This document shows, in pieces, positions 9,716 through 20,202 of a stretch of 64,000 nucleotides of DNA. Both the position numbers and the translations under genes were made by a program. The DNA lies in the NCBI GenBank assembly GCA_963555755.3, contig OY820905.2, positions 1,696,001 through 1,760,000 on the forward strand, read 5' to 3'. The notes under the pieces are model-generated. The model was not told where the DNA came from, searched no databases, and was given only the letters and a program-made list of their open reading frames with translations. This DNA comes from Nitrospirales bacterium (GTDB lineage Bacteria > Nitrospirota > Nitrospiria > Nitrospirales > UBA8639). Position 1 is the first letter of the stretch. The number at the start of each line of letters is the position of its first letter.

Positions 9716-10606
9716 TTACTTTTGTTCTACTGCCGCCACTGGTTTTGGCAAATATTCTTTGTATCCATACAACTGCGACAGACATTCCTTGGCTTCATCT
9801 GTCATATATTCCTCAAATTTATATCGATCTTTTTCGACCACATTACAGTCTTCCAACACCTTTTCCGTTGGAATCGCATATTCGATATTACAGGAGGTAT
9901 AGGCCTGAATATAGGTAGGGCCAACCTCACGAGCGATTAATACAGCCTTCTTTATCACACTTTCCACCCGTCGTGGATTATTAGGAACCACAGTGGCCAC
10001 ATACGCACACCCTGCCACCTTTGCCATTCCCAGCATATCCATCTTTTCAAATTTTTTCCCAACCGGGGCCATTTTTAAGACTTGGCCTTTATTGGTCATA
10101 CCGCTTTCCTGACCACCCGTATTTCCATACACCTCGTTGTCCAACATGATCGTCGTGAACTTTTCTTTTCTAAACCATGAGTGCAGCGTTTGCGAAAACC
10201 CGATATCAGCCATACCACCGTCACCCGCCATCACAACAACATCTTTGGGTTTATCACCGAATCGGAGCTTAAGACCACGAGTTAGGCCACTGGCCACCCC
10301 ATTCTGATCTCCATAATTTCCATACACAAATTGAATGGCTGCTTGAGAGATGGCCAACCGACCACAACCAGCCGTTCCCACCGTAATGGTATCCTCAGGA
10401 TTCGGAAATGCGATCACGGCAAGCCGAATAAATAACGTCATGGCACAACCCGCACACATGGGATGTTCTTCCATGATTTCTTTAAACGATCCAACCTGGG
10501 ATACAGTAGTTTTCTTCCCAAATGGACCATGGTCCACCATATCCCGATATTCTTTTGGCATGAATTTGCCAAAGCCTGGTGTGAATTTCACATAATCGAG
10601 GCTCAT
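9716..10606 (-). CDS. OFOR beta subunit (TPP-binding)
   Basis: CAGC, AGDGG...DNEVYGNTGGQ. Confidence 0.92.
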   Translation of the reverse strand: MSLDYVKFTPGFGKFMPKEYRDMVDHGPFGKKTTVSQVGSFKEIMEEHPMCAGCAMTLFIRLAVIAFPNPEDTITVGTAGCGRLAISQAAIQFVYGNYGDQNGVASGLTRGLKLRFGDKPKDVVVMAGDGGMADIGFSQTLHSWFRKEKFTTIMLDNEVYGNTGGQESGMTNKGQVLKMAPVGKKFEKMDMLGMAKVAGCAYVATVVPNNPRRVESVIKKAVLIAREVGPTYIQAYTSCNIEYAIPTEKVLEDCNVVEKDRYKFEEYMTDEAKECLSQLYGYKEYLPKPVAAVEQK

Positions 10607-10727
10607 CGTAGACCCTCCCTTTTGTATGGTTTAGCTAAAAGTTTAGACAAACGTAATACTCGTTTTCTTCTATCTTCTCTCGCAGGAAAAATGCCTTCAC
10701 TCAAACTGAAAATAATATAGACCCATT

Positions 10728-10757
10728 ACCGTAGCAAAGCATTGAAAATAATGTCAA
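10728..10757 (-). promoter_or_regulatory. Possible sigma70 promoter for the for/por operon
   Basis: TTGACA-N18-TACGGT with TG extended -10. Confidence 0.35.
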
Positions 10758-11022
10758 TCTTGATAAATTTCTATCCCCCCAATTGATCCTGAAAATACTC
10801 GACATCAACGTCTTATAATCCTAAGGCGAAAGGACAAAGAAGGCAACCAAAAAGAAGACCCAGCACTCCAAAAAGAAGGCCTACCATTCTACATCGCACC
10901 TAGGGCTTTGGGCCTACCCCCTTGACAACCTTGTATGATATAGACTCGAGGACGGATGAAACGATGGAAAAATGACTTTGTGGCAGGAATTGATTTTCAG
11001 AAGGACAAAGGAAAACAAATTA

Positions 11023-11997
11023 TTAATCCAAAATATATTGGACAGGATTCACAACCTTATCGTTAATGGCGACCTGGTAGTGAAGGTGAGGGCCGGTAGA
11101 GAATTTACCTGAACTACCCACCAACCCAATGACATCACCACGTTTAACCTTTTTGCCATATTTCACCAACATCTTGGCCAAGTGGCCATAGGTTGTCTCA
11201 ATCCCAAATCCGTGGTTGATGCGAATAAAATTCCCCAACCGGGTATCATAGGCAGCCACCACAACTTTTCCCGAAGCTGGCGCCCTTATCACACGCCCTC
11301 GAGGAGATCCAATGTCCAGACCTGAGTGAAAGGCCTTTTTCCCAGTGTAAGGGGAAATTCTTGGACCAAACTTTGAGGTAATATGACCTTTGACCGGCCA
11401 AATAGAGGGCGTTGCTGCCCATCGCTCCACACGTTCACCAGCCGTCTCAGCCAAATCATCCAGGATTTGCTGTTCTTTCAAAGCCTGGCGGTCCAGCCAA
11501 ACTAACCCTTGTTCAATATTGACAACCAACGAGAATTGTGTGGTCCCTTGATTTGGCGTGATCCGACTCTCGACCCCCGAAGAATCCAAGGATTGACCCG
11601 GCTCACCATAAATGTCGCTCTCATAGGGAAATTCTTCACCACCCTGTCCATTTACTTCAACACCTTCAACATTATTGGGCTCCAACCCAAAGATGGTTTG
11701 AAGTTTGCGATTGAGCTCTTGCATCACCAGCATCCGTTGCTTCATGCCGTCGATGGCAGACGAAAAGTTTTTGGTCTGCCCCCGAGTTTCCACAATCTCT
11801 GTTCGTAATGCATTGAGTTCAGAAACCTGGCTAGTTTGGACCACATAGTGAGCCATAATCCCCATTTGCACCACAATGAGAACCACCGCCGTGATCAACA
11901 CCCGTCGAAGCGTGACTTTTCGCAATCTCACCCGAAGAGGGTTTGACGTCGCTCCCCGAAAGATCATGATGGTATAGGCTTCGTCAAGGGTCTTCAT
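11023..11997 (-). CDS. M23 family peptidoglycan metallopeptidase
   Basis: N-terminal TM and coiled coil, PSIWPVKG, HSGLD, STGPHLHY. Confidence 0.93.
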   Translation of the reverse strand: MKTLDEAYTIMIFRGATSNPLRVRLRKVTLRRVLITAVVLIVVQMGIMAHYVVQTSQVSELNALRTEIVETRGQTKNFSSAIDGMKQRMLVMQELNRKLQTIFGLEPNNVEGVEVNGQGGEEFPYESDIYGEPGQSLDSSGVESRITPNQGTTQFSLVVNIEQGLVWLDRQALKEQQILDDLAETAGERVERWAATPSIWPVKGHITSKFGPRISPYTGKKAFHSGLDIGSPRGRVIRAPASGKVVVAAYDTRLGNFIRINHGFGIETTYGHLAKMLVKYGKKVKRGDVIGLVGSSGKFSTGPHLHYQVAINDKVVNPVQYILD

Positions 11998-12127
11998 ACA
12001 TCTCCTCTTAATGGTAACTTCTTCAGTTCATCAAAAGTTTAAAGTACTCTACTGGAGTCGATCCTAAGGGTCAATGCCAAAATGCAAAAGTTCGATTTGG
12101 CTTGTATTATGGAACATTGATCACAAA

Positions 12128-12457
12128 TTAACGACTATCGTGATTTCTGGTCATATCATGAACCCAAGATAAATACGATGCCGACCCTTCCACAATTGGC
12201 AACGCAATAATTTCAGGCACATCATAACTGTGCTGGGCAATTATCATTTTCTCTAGCGCCTTGAAAAGTGGTTTCCTGGTTTTGAGAATCATCAAACACT
12301 CTTCTTCTTCGGATATTTTGTCATTCCACTGAAAGATTGACTTCACTTTAGGAAGGACATTCACGCAAGCCACGAGCCGGTGCTCGACTAACATTTTACC
12401 TAAAGCGATGGCCTCTTTTTCGGAAGACGTGGTGACCAATACAACAATTGCATCCAC
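12128..12457 (-). CDS. cutA: Divalent-cation tolerance protein CutA
   Basis: LVACVN, HSYDVPEIIALP. Confidence 0.92.
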   Translation of the reverse strand: MDAIVVLVTTSSEKEAIALGKMLVEHRLVACVNVLPKVKSIFQWNDKISEEEECLMILKTRKPLFKALEKMIIAQHSYDVPEIIALPIVEGSASYLSWVHDMTRNHDSR

Positions 12458-12752
12458 TTTCAGCCATCCTGGCTCAAGCCCACTGTTCCCAAAATACTGT
12501 ACTTAAACACGGCACATGCGTTTTCAGGTGCACTTAGGACTCGTTTCTGTTCTACCATTGCCGAATCCTTACTCTGATAAAAATTATCGGCAGTTCCTGC
12601 TGAGACCTAAAGATTAAAGCGCGAAAAAAATAAATAGGCTATTTTACCTAACTATTTTAACTTAAATGCGATAGGCTATGACCCAGAAAATCTGGCGTGA
12701 GGCTACAGGCATTTAAAATTTGGCCCTATCTTAGATTAAGACCGCCGTGATC

Positions 12753-13499
12753 TTATTGCCCTTCCAGGCGAGCTTTTGCTTTTTCAGCCAAGTCCCGAAT
12801 GGCTGGACGCAACGCATCCTGAAGTGCAACGGGATAACTCTGTACTGAAACTCCCAACCCATAATACACCCCATCAATTTCTGAACCACGAAATTCCATG
12901 GCAAAACTCCATAAGACCTGGGATGGATCACCCGTGGGAGTAAGCCGCAGATCCATCTTCACCTCGGTAGTAGTTTCTCCCATAGGCAATCCAGCCATCC
13001 AAAGAACCGTCCCCAGTGGACCCAAGAGATAGGTTGTAAGGCGCCGTTCCCACTTGGTGGAATAGAGGCGTCCCCGCAACACGTAATCACTTGGTGGAGG
13101 AGTCTGGTCTCCAGAAAATATCACCGTGGAATAAATATTGGCCTCACGAATCTCATCGGCCAGGGCTCGGGCAAAATCCTTAGGGGGATCAAAAAACACT
13201 TCATCAATTTGTTCGGGATCCACCGCTGTTTCCGGACGATCATACGACGTCACCCCATGCGGCACCAAGGGAATGGCCACTCGCCAATATTCCTCGCTCA
13301 CTTCGGTGCCACGAAGATCTTCAAGCGGGAGCACGGCAAGACGGGCGGGAATGGAATCCTTGGCCGAAACATTCAAATAGGTCTTGACCGGAGGGGGTGG
13401 ATAGCTCCACTCTCGAGGCCCTAAACACCCCGAAATACTAAGAGCCCCAATAATTAGGAGAATACACCAGACTTTGAAAAATGATGACGAACGAATCAT
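12753..13499 (-). CDS. Hypothetical lipoprotein
   Basis: Signal peptide ending ISGC; AGGAGG RBS. Confidence 0.75.
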   Translation of the reverse strand: MIRSSSFFKVWCILLIIGALSISGCLGPREWSYPPPPVKTYLNVSAKDSIPARLAVLPLEDLRGTEVSEEYWRVAIPLVPHGVTSYDRPETAVDPEQIDEVFFDPPKDFARALADEIREANIYSTVIFSGDQTPPPSDYVLRGRLYSTKWERRLTTYLLGPLGTVLWMAGLPMGETTTEVKMDLRLTPTGDPSQVLWSFAMEFRGSEIDGVYYGLGVSVQSYPVALQDALRPAIRDLAEKAKARLEGQ

Positions 13500-13744
13500 G
13501 TCATGCCTCCTTTAATAGCAACAGATGGCACAATTGGAATTTTGGCACATCCGGCAGGCAAGTTTCCAGTGCTTCTTAAGTCCCATCGCAATATCTACCC
13601 TGACCTATGATATGAAGAACTGATCCACGGTTTAACCTCAGGTCTCACCAAGCTTCCAATCCTAATTTTGTCTATGCCCTGGACCCGACTGTCCAGCTAA
13701 CAGATTGCCTAAATAGCCGCTGGGATGACAATGACCTGAATTCC

Positions 13745-14365
13745 TTACGGGACAAGTCCCCCGACACGGCAAAATTCATCTTGGAGTTCGCTATAGGATT
13801 GAACCACAGAAAATTGAGGAAATTCCGACTTGATTGAATCCGGTGGGCAAAAGAATACTCCCGCATCAGCTTCTTTCAGCATCGAAATATCGTTATAAGA
13901 ATCCCCGGCCGCCAGGACACGAAATTTCAAATTCTTCAGAGCCGCCACCGCATGGCGTTTTTGATCAGCTTGGCGAAGGTGATAGTTTCGAATAAACCCT
14001 TCCTCGTCAATGTCCAATGTATGACAAAATATGGTCGGATAGTGAAGCTGCTCCATCAAAGGCGCCACGAGATCATAAAACGTGTCAGAGAGAATGATCA
14101 CCTGGCATCGCGTTCGGAGCCAGTCTAAAAATGCCGAACTCCCTGCCAGAGGTCGCAACTCAGCCACCACATTTCTAATATCAGCAATCCGCACCTGATG
14201 ATCCGCCAAAATTTTGAGCCGTAATTGCATCAACTCGTCGTAATCCGGAATATCACGTGTGGTGACTTTCAGATCCGCAATGCCCGTTTTATCCGCAACC
14301 GCCAGCCAAATCTCTGGGGTCAAGACCCCTTCTAAATCTAAGCAGGTGATGACTGGTTGTGTCAT
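13745..14365 (-). CDS. thrH: Phosphoserine phosphatase/homoserine phosphotransferase ThrH (HAD)
   Basis: CLDLEGVLTPEIW, TTRDIPDYDELM, GDSYND; ATG 14365 after AAGGA. Confidence 0.92.
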   Translation of the reverse strand: MTQPVITCLDLEGVLTPEIWLAVADKTGIADLKVTTRDIPDYDELMQLRLKILADHQVRIADIRNVVAELRPLAGSSAFLDWLRTRCQVIILSDTFYDLVAPLMEQLHYPTIFCHTLDIDEEGFIRNYHLRQADQKRHAVAALKNLKFRVLAAGDSYNDISMLKEADAGVFFCPPDSIKSEFPQFSVVQSYSELQDEFCRVGGLVP

Positions 14366-14470
14366 AAGATCCTTAACTTCTTTTTCTTCTTCTATCGTGC
14401 GACAGTGGTCAGTCAAAAACAAAACCCATGTATCTTAAAGAACCCACGCCGGGACTACAATCATCGAGAG

Positions 14471-15454
14471 CTATTTCTCGAACACTTCAGGATTCACGCA
14501 ATGAGGCAAGGGTTGGCCTGCCAAACCCGCGCGGAGATTTTCTGCCGCCATCACGGCCATTTTGCTCCGAGTGGCCACCGAGGCACTCGCAATATGCGGG
14601 ACGATCAAACAATTGGGCAACATGACAAGAGGGTCCTGGGCTGAAAGGGGTTCGGGGTCGGTGACATCCAGGGCAGCATACGCAATGGTTCGATCGCGGA
14701 GAGCATCCAGCAAAGCCTCCGAATCCACGACCTTTCCTCGTGCCGTATTGATTAGGATAGCCGTCGGCTTCATACGATTGAAGACCTGTCGATCGATCAA
14801 ATGCTGGGTCTCGGGTGTCAGAGGAACGTGCACACTCAGAAAGTCAGATTCCGCAACGACTTGATCAAATGGCAACTGTTCCACATGGCTCTGACTAAGA
14901 ATATCGTCAGCAATTGGTCGCGAATGGTACACTAATACTCGCATCCCAAATCCAGTGGCACGACGCGCCACGGCCTGACCTATTCGACCGAATCCAATAA
15001 TGCCCAAGGTAGCGCCATACACATCGTGGCCAACCAACAGTGTGGGATCCCACGCTCCCCAGCACCCGGCCTTCACAAACTCAGCGGCCTCACCAATTCG
15101 GCGCGCCGCAGCCATTAACAACGCAAACGCACAATCTGCCGTGGTTTCAGTCAATACTCCGGGAGTGTTCCCCACAGGAATCTTCCGTGTCGTGCAGGCA
15201 TGCACATCAATATGGTCATACCCAACGGCCATGGTACTGACCACACGAAGCCGTGGGGCCTGAGCCAACAACGCTTCATCGACTGCATCGGTCAGCAGGC
15301 AATAAAGCCCTTCAACAGACGCGATTTTTTGAAGGAGCACATCGCGAGGAATAGGACCCTTTCCCTCCCACACCTCGACATCGGCACAGTCTTGCACGGC
15401 TTGCAATCCGGCATCGGGAATCCGTCTGGTCACAAGAACGCGTGGTTTAGACAT
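14471..15454 (-). CDS. D-2-hydroxyacid dehydrogenase (glyoxylate/hydroxypyruvate reductase type)
   Basis: NTPGVLTETTAD, GIIGFGRIG, INTARG, PHIAS. Confidence 0.92.
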   Translation of the reverse strand: MSKPRVLVTRRIPDAGLQAVQDCADVEVWEGKGPIPRDVLLQKIASVEGLYCLLTDAVDEALLAQAPRLRVVSTMAVGYDHIDVHACTTRKIPVGNTPGVLTETTADCAFALLMAAARRIGEAAEFVKAGCWGAWDPTLLVGHDVYGATLGIIGFGRIGQAVARRATGFGMRVLVYHSRPIADDILSQSHVEQLPFDQVVAESDFLSVHVPLTPETQHLIDRQVFNRMKPTAILINTARGKVVDSEALLDALRDRTIAYAALDVTDPEPLSAQDPLVMLPNCLIVPHIASASVATRSKMAVMAAENLRAGLAGQPLPHCVNPEVFEK

Positions 15455-15497
15455 GGGAAACTTTGACCTTCAAGGCATCAAATCTGAAAAATGAGCG

Positions 15498-15549
15498 ACT
15501 GGCTCAAACCAGCATCCCCTCGTAACGATCGCTAATCGCGAACAGGCTC
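15498..15549. mobile_element. Truncated family D element (one arm)
   Basis: GGCTCAAACCAGCATCCCCTCGTAACGATCGCTAATCGCGAACAGGCTC matches the end of the 17030 copy. Confidence 0.75.
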
Positions 15550-16554
15550 CTAAAGAACCGTCAATATGACCACGAAGGCCACATAGCACAAACCATTGAG
15601 AATAAGGTGAGCCGGTTTGATCTCCTGCCGCCTGGCCAAAAGCCAAAGGTAGGTGGTGGCAAAAAATGTCAATCCCATGCCGAGAAGCACTTCGGTCCGA
15701 GGCACCCAAGGAGTCAGCATGATGCCTAATGCCGGAAGCAGGCTGCCTTGAAACACCATGGCGCCGGTGATATTCCCAAACGCCAGAGTATCCCGGCCCC
15801 GCCGAATCCAAATGATGCTATTCACTTTCTCCGGCAATTCGGTCGCCACCGGTATAATAAGGAGGGACAAGGCTAACGTCGAGATTCCTAACCAAGACGC
15901 TAAATGCTCCACACCGTAAACAAACCCTTTCGCTCCCCCCACGATCAGACCAAGCCCCAACAACAGCTGCATGCTGATGGTGACAAGATTGTCCGGTAAA
16001 TGGACCCGGCTAAGAAAAAGCGGATGATCGGCTTCTGTCCCATGGCCTTCCTCGACCAGCCCACGTGAGGCGCGAATCGTCAGCATGAGGTAGATCATAT
16101 AGCTGAGGACTAACCCCAGAGCTAACGTCCCGCGAGTCACCCGCCACTCGACAGGCACGAACACCGCAATCGTCGCCAAGGCAAACGCAAACAGAAACCA
16201 ATTCAGATCTCGTCGCAATCCCGTTGGTTCAGGACGAAACGGACTGTTCCATCCACGGCGGTGCGCCGCAAACATCCCCATCAAAAACAACGTCAAGGTC
16301 GAGAGCATGAGTGGAGCCCCTAAAATAGCCCCCACGCCAACTTCGTGCCGTATTTCGAGACTGCCGGAACTCGCCAACACTGCCACGATAGGAACCATGG
16401 CTTCAGGCAACGCCGTTCCGACGGCAGCAAAAATCGACCCTGTCACGCCTTCGGAAATACCTAATCGTTGGCCAAGATGTTCCAACGCATTGGTAAAGGC
16501 TTCCGCACCGACCAATATCAAAATTAACGCAATAAGGAGAATCCAAAGTTCCAT
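15550..16554 (-). CDS. Sodium:calcium antiporter (CaCA family)
   Basis: Alpha repeats GTALPE and ATELPE; ~10 TM segments. Confidence 0.9.
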   Translation of the reverse strand: MELWILLIALILILVGAEAFTNALEHLGQRLGISEGVTGSIFAAVGTALPEAMVPIVAVLASSGSLEIRHEVGVGAILGAPLMLSTLTLFLMGMFAAHRRGWNSPFRPEPTGLRRDLNWFLFAFALATIAVFVPVEWRVTRGTLALGLVLSYMIYLMLTIRASRGLVEEGHGTEADHPLFLSRVHLPDNLVTISMQLLLGLGLIVGGAKGFVYGVEHLASWLGISTLALSLLIIPVATELPEKVNSIIWIRRGRDTLAFGNITGAMVFQGSLLPALGIMLTPWVPRTEVLLGMGLTFFATTYLWLLARRQEIKPAHLILNGLCYVAFVVILTVL

Positions 16555-16610
16555 CGTAGTCTTATCTCTCAGTTAATACGGCTGTCTCACGAACTCCGTA
16601 ATGTGCCTAA

Positions 16611-16767
16611 GGGCTCGCGTAAGAATAACTTCCCCTATTTGGGTGCTGAGACACCTGTCTGGCAAGGCGCGAGGACTGCGCATACTCTCGGTATGGAAAG
16701 GACGAGCAACGCCGCCAGACGGGATGGATCGACGCCCAAATAGGGGAAGTTATTCTTACGCGAGCCC
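16611..16767. mobile_element. MITE-like palindromic element, family B
   Basis: TIR GGGCTCGCGTAAGAATAACTTCCCCTATTTGGG; TAA on both flanks; copies at 35677, 37784, 43282, 53914. Confidence 0.9.
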
Positions 16768-16815
16768 TAAGTAAAGGGCTTGATCCTTACCCAGACCATC
16801 CACTAGACTAGACGG

Positions 16816-16968
16816 ATGGACGATTGGATGTTGATTGGGGTGCTTGGATGCATCGCTATGGTTGCCTATCGGTTCGGATACCGTTGGTGGCGCGACCGAC
16901 AAGCGGGGAAACAAGCGGATGCCTTACTCGCCAATATTCTGAAGCGCAAGGATTCCTTTCGTCGATAA
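16816..16968 (+). CDS. 50-aa single-pass membrane protein
   Basis: MDDWMLIGVLGCIAMVAYRFGYRWWRDRQAGKQADALLANILKRKDSFRR; below the ORF-track cutoff; hydrophobic N-terminus then basic residues. Confidence 0.55.
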   Translation: MDDWMLIGVLGCIAMVAYRFGYRWWRDRQAGKQADALLANILKRKDSFRR

Positions 16969-17029
16969 CCGTGCCGGCCATTGGTTCTAATCTCATTCCT
17001 ATTTCTAGATTCTTCGAGCCCCATTCTCG

Positions 17030-17189
17030 GAGCTTGTCCAAGATTAGACGGATCTACTGCGGATGCCCTGGATTTGACCAGATCTTCCGATCCTTTTCGT
17101 TGAATAGCCCAACTATTCGCCTCAAACGATCGAAACATCTGACTCAAACCAGCACATCCTCGTGACGATCGCTAATCTCGGACAGGCTC
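17030..17189. mobile_element. MITE-like element, family D
   Basis: TIR GAGC(C/T)TGTCC(A/G)AGATTAG; copies at 26879, 37173, 57358. Confidence 0.85.
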
Positions 17190-17235
17190 CGAGATTAAAG
17201 GCAAAACGAGGCCTGTTTCCTGACTCCCATTCCCC

Positions 17236-18054
17236 ATGACCACAAACGCCTCCCGACAAGGTGAAATCTACCTCCATCGAGGCAATCTCACGCAGGCTCA
17301 GTATTGGTACGCACAGGCCGTGGATGAGGCCCGAGCGGAAGGCACGTGGGACTTGCTGGCATCGGCGCTAGGAAACCTGGGGAATGTCTATGCTTTGATG
17401 GAAGATTTCCATCAAGCGGATACCTGTTATCAAGAAGTCCTCACCATCCAACGCACACAATCCAACCCGAATACGATCGGTGAAACCCTGGGGAACCTTG
17501 GAAACTTGAAAGCCGATGCGGGAGACTATTCTAAAGCCCGCGCCTATTACTTAGAAGCCATCGACGCGTTAACCGCGACCGACAACCATCGAGGACTGGG
17601 CATTCTGTACTGCAACTTGGCCTTACAAGAAGTCGCAACCAACCAACTACCGGATGCGATTGGCCACTTTAAATACGCACTAGAATTCCATCGTGTAGTT
17701 GGTGATGAGGTCAGTCTCGCCAACACCTACAGCCAACTGGGTCAAGCTTTTCTCACGCAGGGAGAGATTCGTCAAGCCGAGCGCTGCCTCAACAACGCAA
17801 GTGAGCACTTTATTAAACTGGGCAATGAGCCAAGTGAAGCAGCAGTCCTGCGGGTGTTGGCCGACTTATACCAAAAACGGGGAGACACGATTTCAGCGGT
17901 ACGATGCCTGGAACGGACAATTCAAATTGATATTCGCTACCAACTCCCGGAACAGAATAATGATTATTCTCGACTGGCCCAATTACGAAAAGAAACCACC
18001 CCAGCCTCAAACAGCCCTCCCGACGACCCAAAGATAAAGATCAATCCGACATAA
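17236..18054 (+). CDS. Tetratricopeptide repeat protein
   Basis: Repeated A/TLGNLGNxY...A..YY..AL motifs. Confidence 0.88.
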   Translation: MTTNASRQGEIYLHRGNLTQAQYWYAQAVDEARAEGTWDLLASALGNLGNVYALMEDFHQADTCYQEVLTIQRTQSNPNTIGETLGNLGNLKADAGDYSKARAYYLEAIDALTATDNHRGLGILYCNLALQEVATNQLPDAIGHFKYALEFHRVVGDEVSLANTYSQLGQAFLTQGEIRQAERCLNNASEHFIKLGNEPSEAAVLRVLADLYQKRGDTISAVRCLERTIQIDIRYQLPEQNNDYSRLAQLRKETTPASNSPPDDPKIKINPT

Positions 18055-18808
18055 ACGCAAAGGCCAGTTGAATCGGTTTGAGTACACCACCTCCATGGCC
18101 AGCCTGCTGTTTTGATTTCACTTCCCCATGCAGGCTCCCCCACTTGGTACTCGGACTCACTTCACGAAGTTCACCCTGACAATACCCACATCGATGAGTC
18201 TTGGACGAAATGCTCTTTCGTTGCCGATGATACGCCCGACCACATTGCTGGCATTGCCAGGCATACTTGGATAACGCCTCCACCTCTGGGGTCAACGCGT
18301 GGTAAATCGTAATACCCAAACCATCCTCATTCATGACTTTCATCATTCGCCGAAATTCACGACCATGGGACGGGTGACATTTTTTCACATCAAACTGCCA
18401 TTGATGAATCATCTCATGGGCCAAAGTGCCTCGAATTTCAGCCAAGGGTTGATCACGAAGAAGCGGGAGGGATAACCGGATAACCCGACCCGAACCATGA
18501 CGTATTTCAGGAGCAACCAGGTGAGTGCGTGGCCCGCTTTGGGTGACAAACAGGCCAACGGAGGACGTCAAGCGCGTACTCCATTGAATCTCAATCGAAG
18601 GAAGCCGATTGTCAAAATACGATGCATTGAGCGAACTCCACATGCTCTGGAGTTCGCTCGACGAGAGCGGCAGGCGGGATGAAAGAGATGTGGTGCTCAC
18701 ATGTTTTATGATGTTGTTCCCAAGTATACGCGAAGCGGTCCATATGGTACCATGCCTGCGGTTCCATCCCAACCCCAAATACGACGCAACTTGAACACAC
18801 GTAATCAA
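18041..18808 (-). CDS. SprT-like zinc metalloprotease (true start possibly GTG 18700)
   Basis: LAHEMIH, HGREF, C-terminal CxxC...CxxC ribbon. Confidence 0.85.
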   Translation of the reverse strand: MITCVQVASYLGLGWNRRHGTIWTASRILGNNIIKHVSTTSLSSRLPLSSSELQSMWSSLNASYFDNRLPSIEIQWSTRLTSSVGLFVTQSGPRTHLVAPEIRHGSGRVIRLSLPLLRDQPLAEIRGTLAHEMIHQWQFDVKKCHPSHGREFRRMMKVMNEDGLGITIYHALTPEVEALSKYAWQCQQCGRAYHRQRKSISSKTHRCGYCQGELREVSPSTKWGSLHGEVKSKQQAGHGGGVLKPIQLAFAFMSD

Positions 18809-18831
18809 CTAGGTATAGGAATTCGCAGGTC

Positions 18832-19320
18832 ATGACCAGCGACCATCACAGAGATACGGAATTTATGGGGGCTGCCCTCGAAGAAGCCCAACAGGCTTTC
18901 TCCTTAGGCGAAGTGCCGGTGGGGGCAATTCTCGTGCATGAAGGCACCATCATCGCTCGCGGGCACAACCGGCGGGAATGGCAACACGACCCAACCGCAC
19001 ATGCGGAACTGCTCGTGATTCAACGTGCTGCTGAACAGTTGCAATCGTGGCGCCTCATCGATACCACATTGTATGTCACGCTGGAGCCTTGTCTCATGTG
19101 TGCTGGAGCCATGCTCCAAGCAAGAATCCCACGACTCGTGTTTGGCACATTGGATCCCAAAGCCGGAGCCTGCGGGTCATTATTTACCGTCCACCAGGAT
19201 TCACGCTTGAATCACCAAATCGACATCCGTCACGGCGTCCAAGAAGAATCGTGCCGGAACATCTTAAAGGAGTTTTTTCAACAAATCCGGCAAGACCATG
19301 CCGTGACCACAAAAAGTTAG
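18832..19320 (+). CDS. tadA: tRNA adenosine(34) deaminase
   Basis: GEVPVGA, HAE, TLEPCLMC, DPKAGA. Confidence 0.95.
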   Translation: MTSDHHRDTEFMGAALEEAQQAFSLGEVPVGAILVHEGTIIARGHNRREWQHDPTAHAELLVIQRAAEQLQSWRLIDTTLYVTLEPCLMCAGAMLQARIPRLVFGTLDPKAGACGSLFTVHQDSRLNHQIDIRHGVQEESCRNILKEFFQQIRQDHAVTTKS

Positions 19321-19644
19321 GACTCGAAGAACGACTAAACTAAATGGGGAAGCACCATAAACCTATCGACCTCATTAGGGAGAAGGATCAACATTGGAGA
19401 AACCGTCCGTGGGTTGGGAGCTCCACAAGATATATGCAAGATGTTTAAGGAAGGTCAAAAAGAATCTTATCCAGGGTTTGAACACCTTGTTGGCAAATAA
19501 TTTGAAAGTACAAGGATTTGATGAATAAGGTTTTGCGGAATTCTCTTTCAGAATTCGAAAAGGACGCTACAAAGGACTACATTTCGTTTGGATTGAACCC
19601 TTTCTTCTAAAAGTTCGACAGCAGCGAAATAAAACCTGACTTAC

Positions 19645-19732
19645 GGAGAGGTGCGAGAGTGGCCGAATCGGGCGGTCTCGAAAACCGTTGACCTGAAAGG
19701 GTCCGTGGGTTCGAATCCCACCCTCTCCGCCA
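19645..19732 (+). tRNA. tRNA-Ser (CGA)
   Basis: GGAGAGG/CCTCTCC acceptor stem, anticodon loop CTCGAAA, long variable arm, GTTCGAATC T-loop, encoded CCA. Confidence 0.96.
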
Positions 19733-19985
19733 ATTCACTAGGGTTTGTATCAGATGTAGGCCAGAGACAACACGTTCGTGTATTAACTTTCATGGCCTAA
19801 CACCAATGGGTAAACCACCTTCTAGGTATTCACCCTATTGACAAAACTATTTACAAACGTCATGGTCTTTAAACTTCCCAGTTTTCATAACTGCCTAATA
19901 TTCCTAAAGGTTTTTTTGTTTTACGCTTGGCCTTATTCTTGCTTCTCTTTTGATCAACCCTCACTTTCTTCAAACGGAGAACTGC

Positions 19986-20153
19986 ATGAATTGCCATGAC
20001 AAAATCTCGAAAGATCCACGTATCACGCTGCCACTGGCTGAATTGTTAAAAAAAATACAAGAAACATTGAATCCCCCTCAGGAACCGACCAACCACTCAC
20101 CTTTTTCCAACACCCAGGATTCGCCCTCTTCCAAGACACAAGGCAAGCCATAG
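19986..20153 (+). CDS. Hypothetical 55-aa protein
   Basis: GGAGA RBS 5 nt before ATG 19986; MNCHDKISKDPRITLPLAELLKKIQETLN... Confidence 0.4.
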   Translation: MNCHDKISKDPRITLPLAELLKKIQETLNPPQEPTNHSPFSNTQDSPSSKTQGKP

Positions 20154-20202
20154 ACCGTTTGACTTTCCAGAATTCGGATTATCACTTTGAATCCTACCCA
20201 TC

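Noticed and set aside
9156..9902. Long antisense ORFs (also 42020-42682, 43703-44323, 58376-58960)
   Set aside because: Shadows of well-supported genes on the opposite strand, with no motifs
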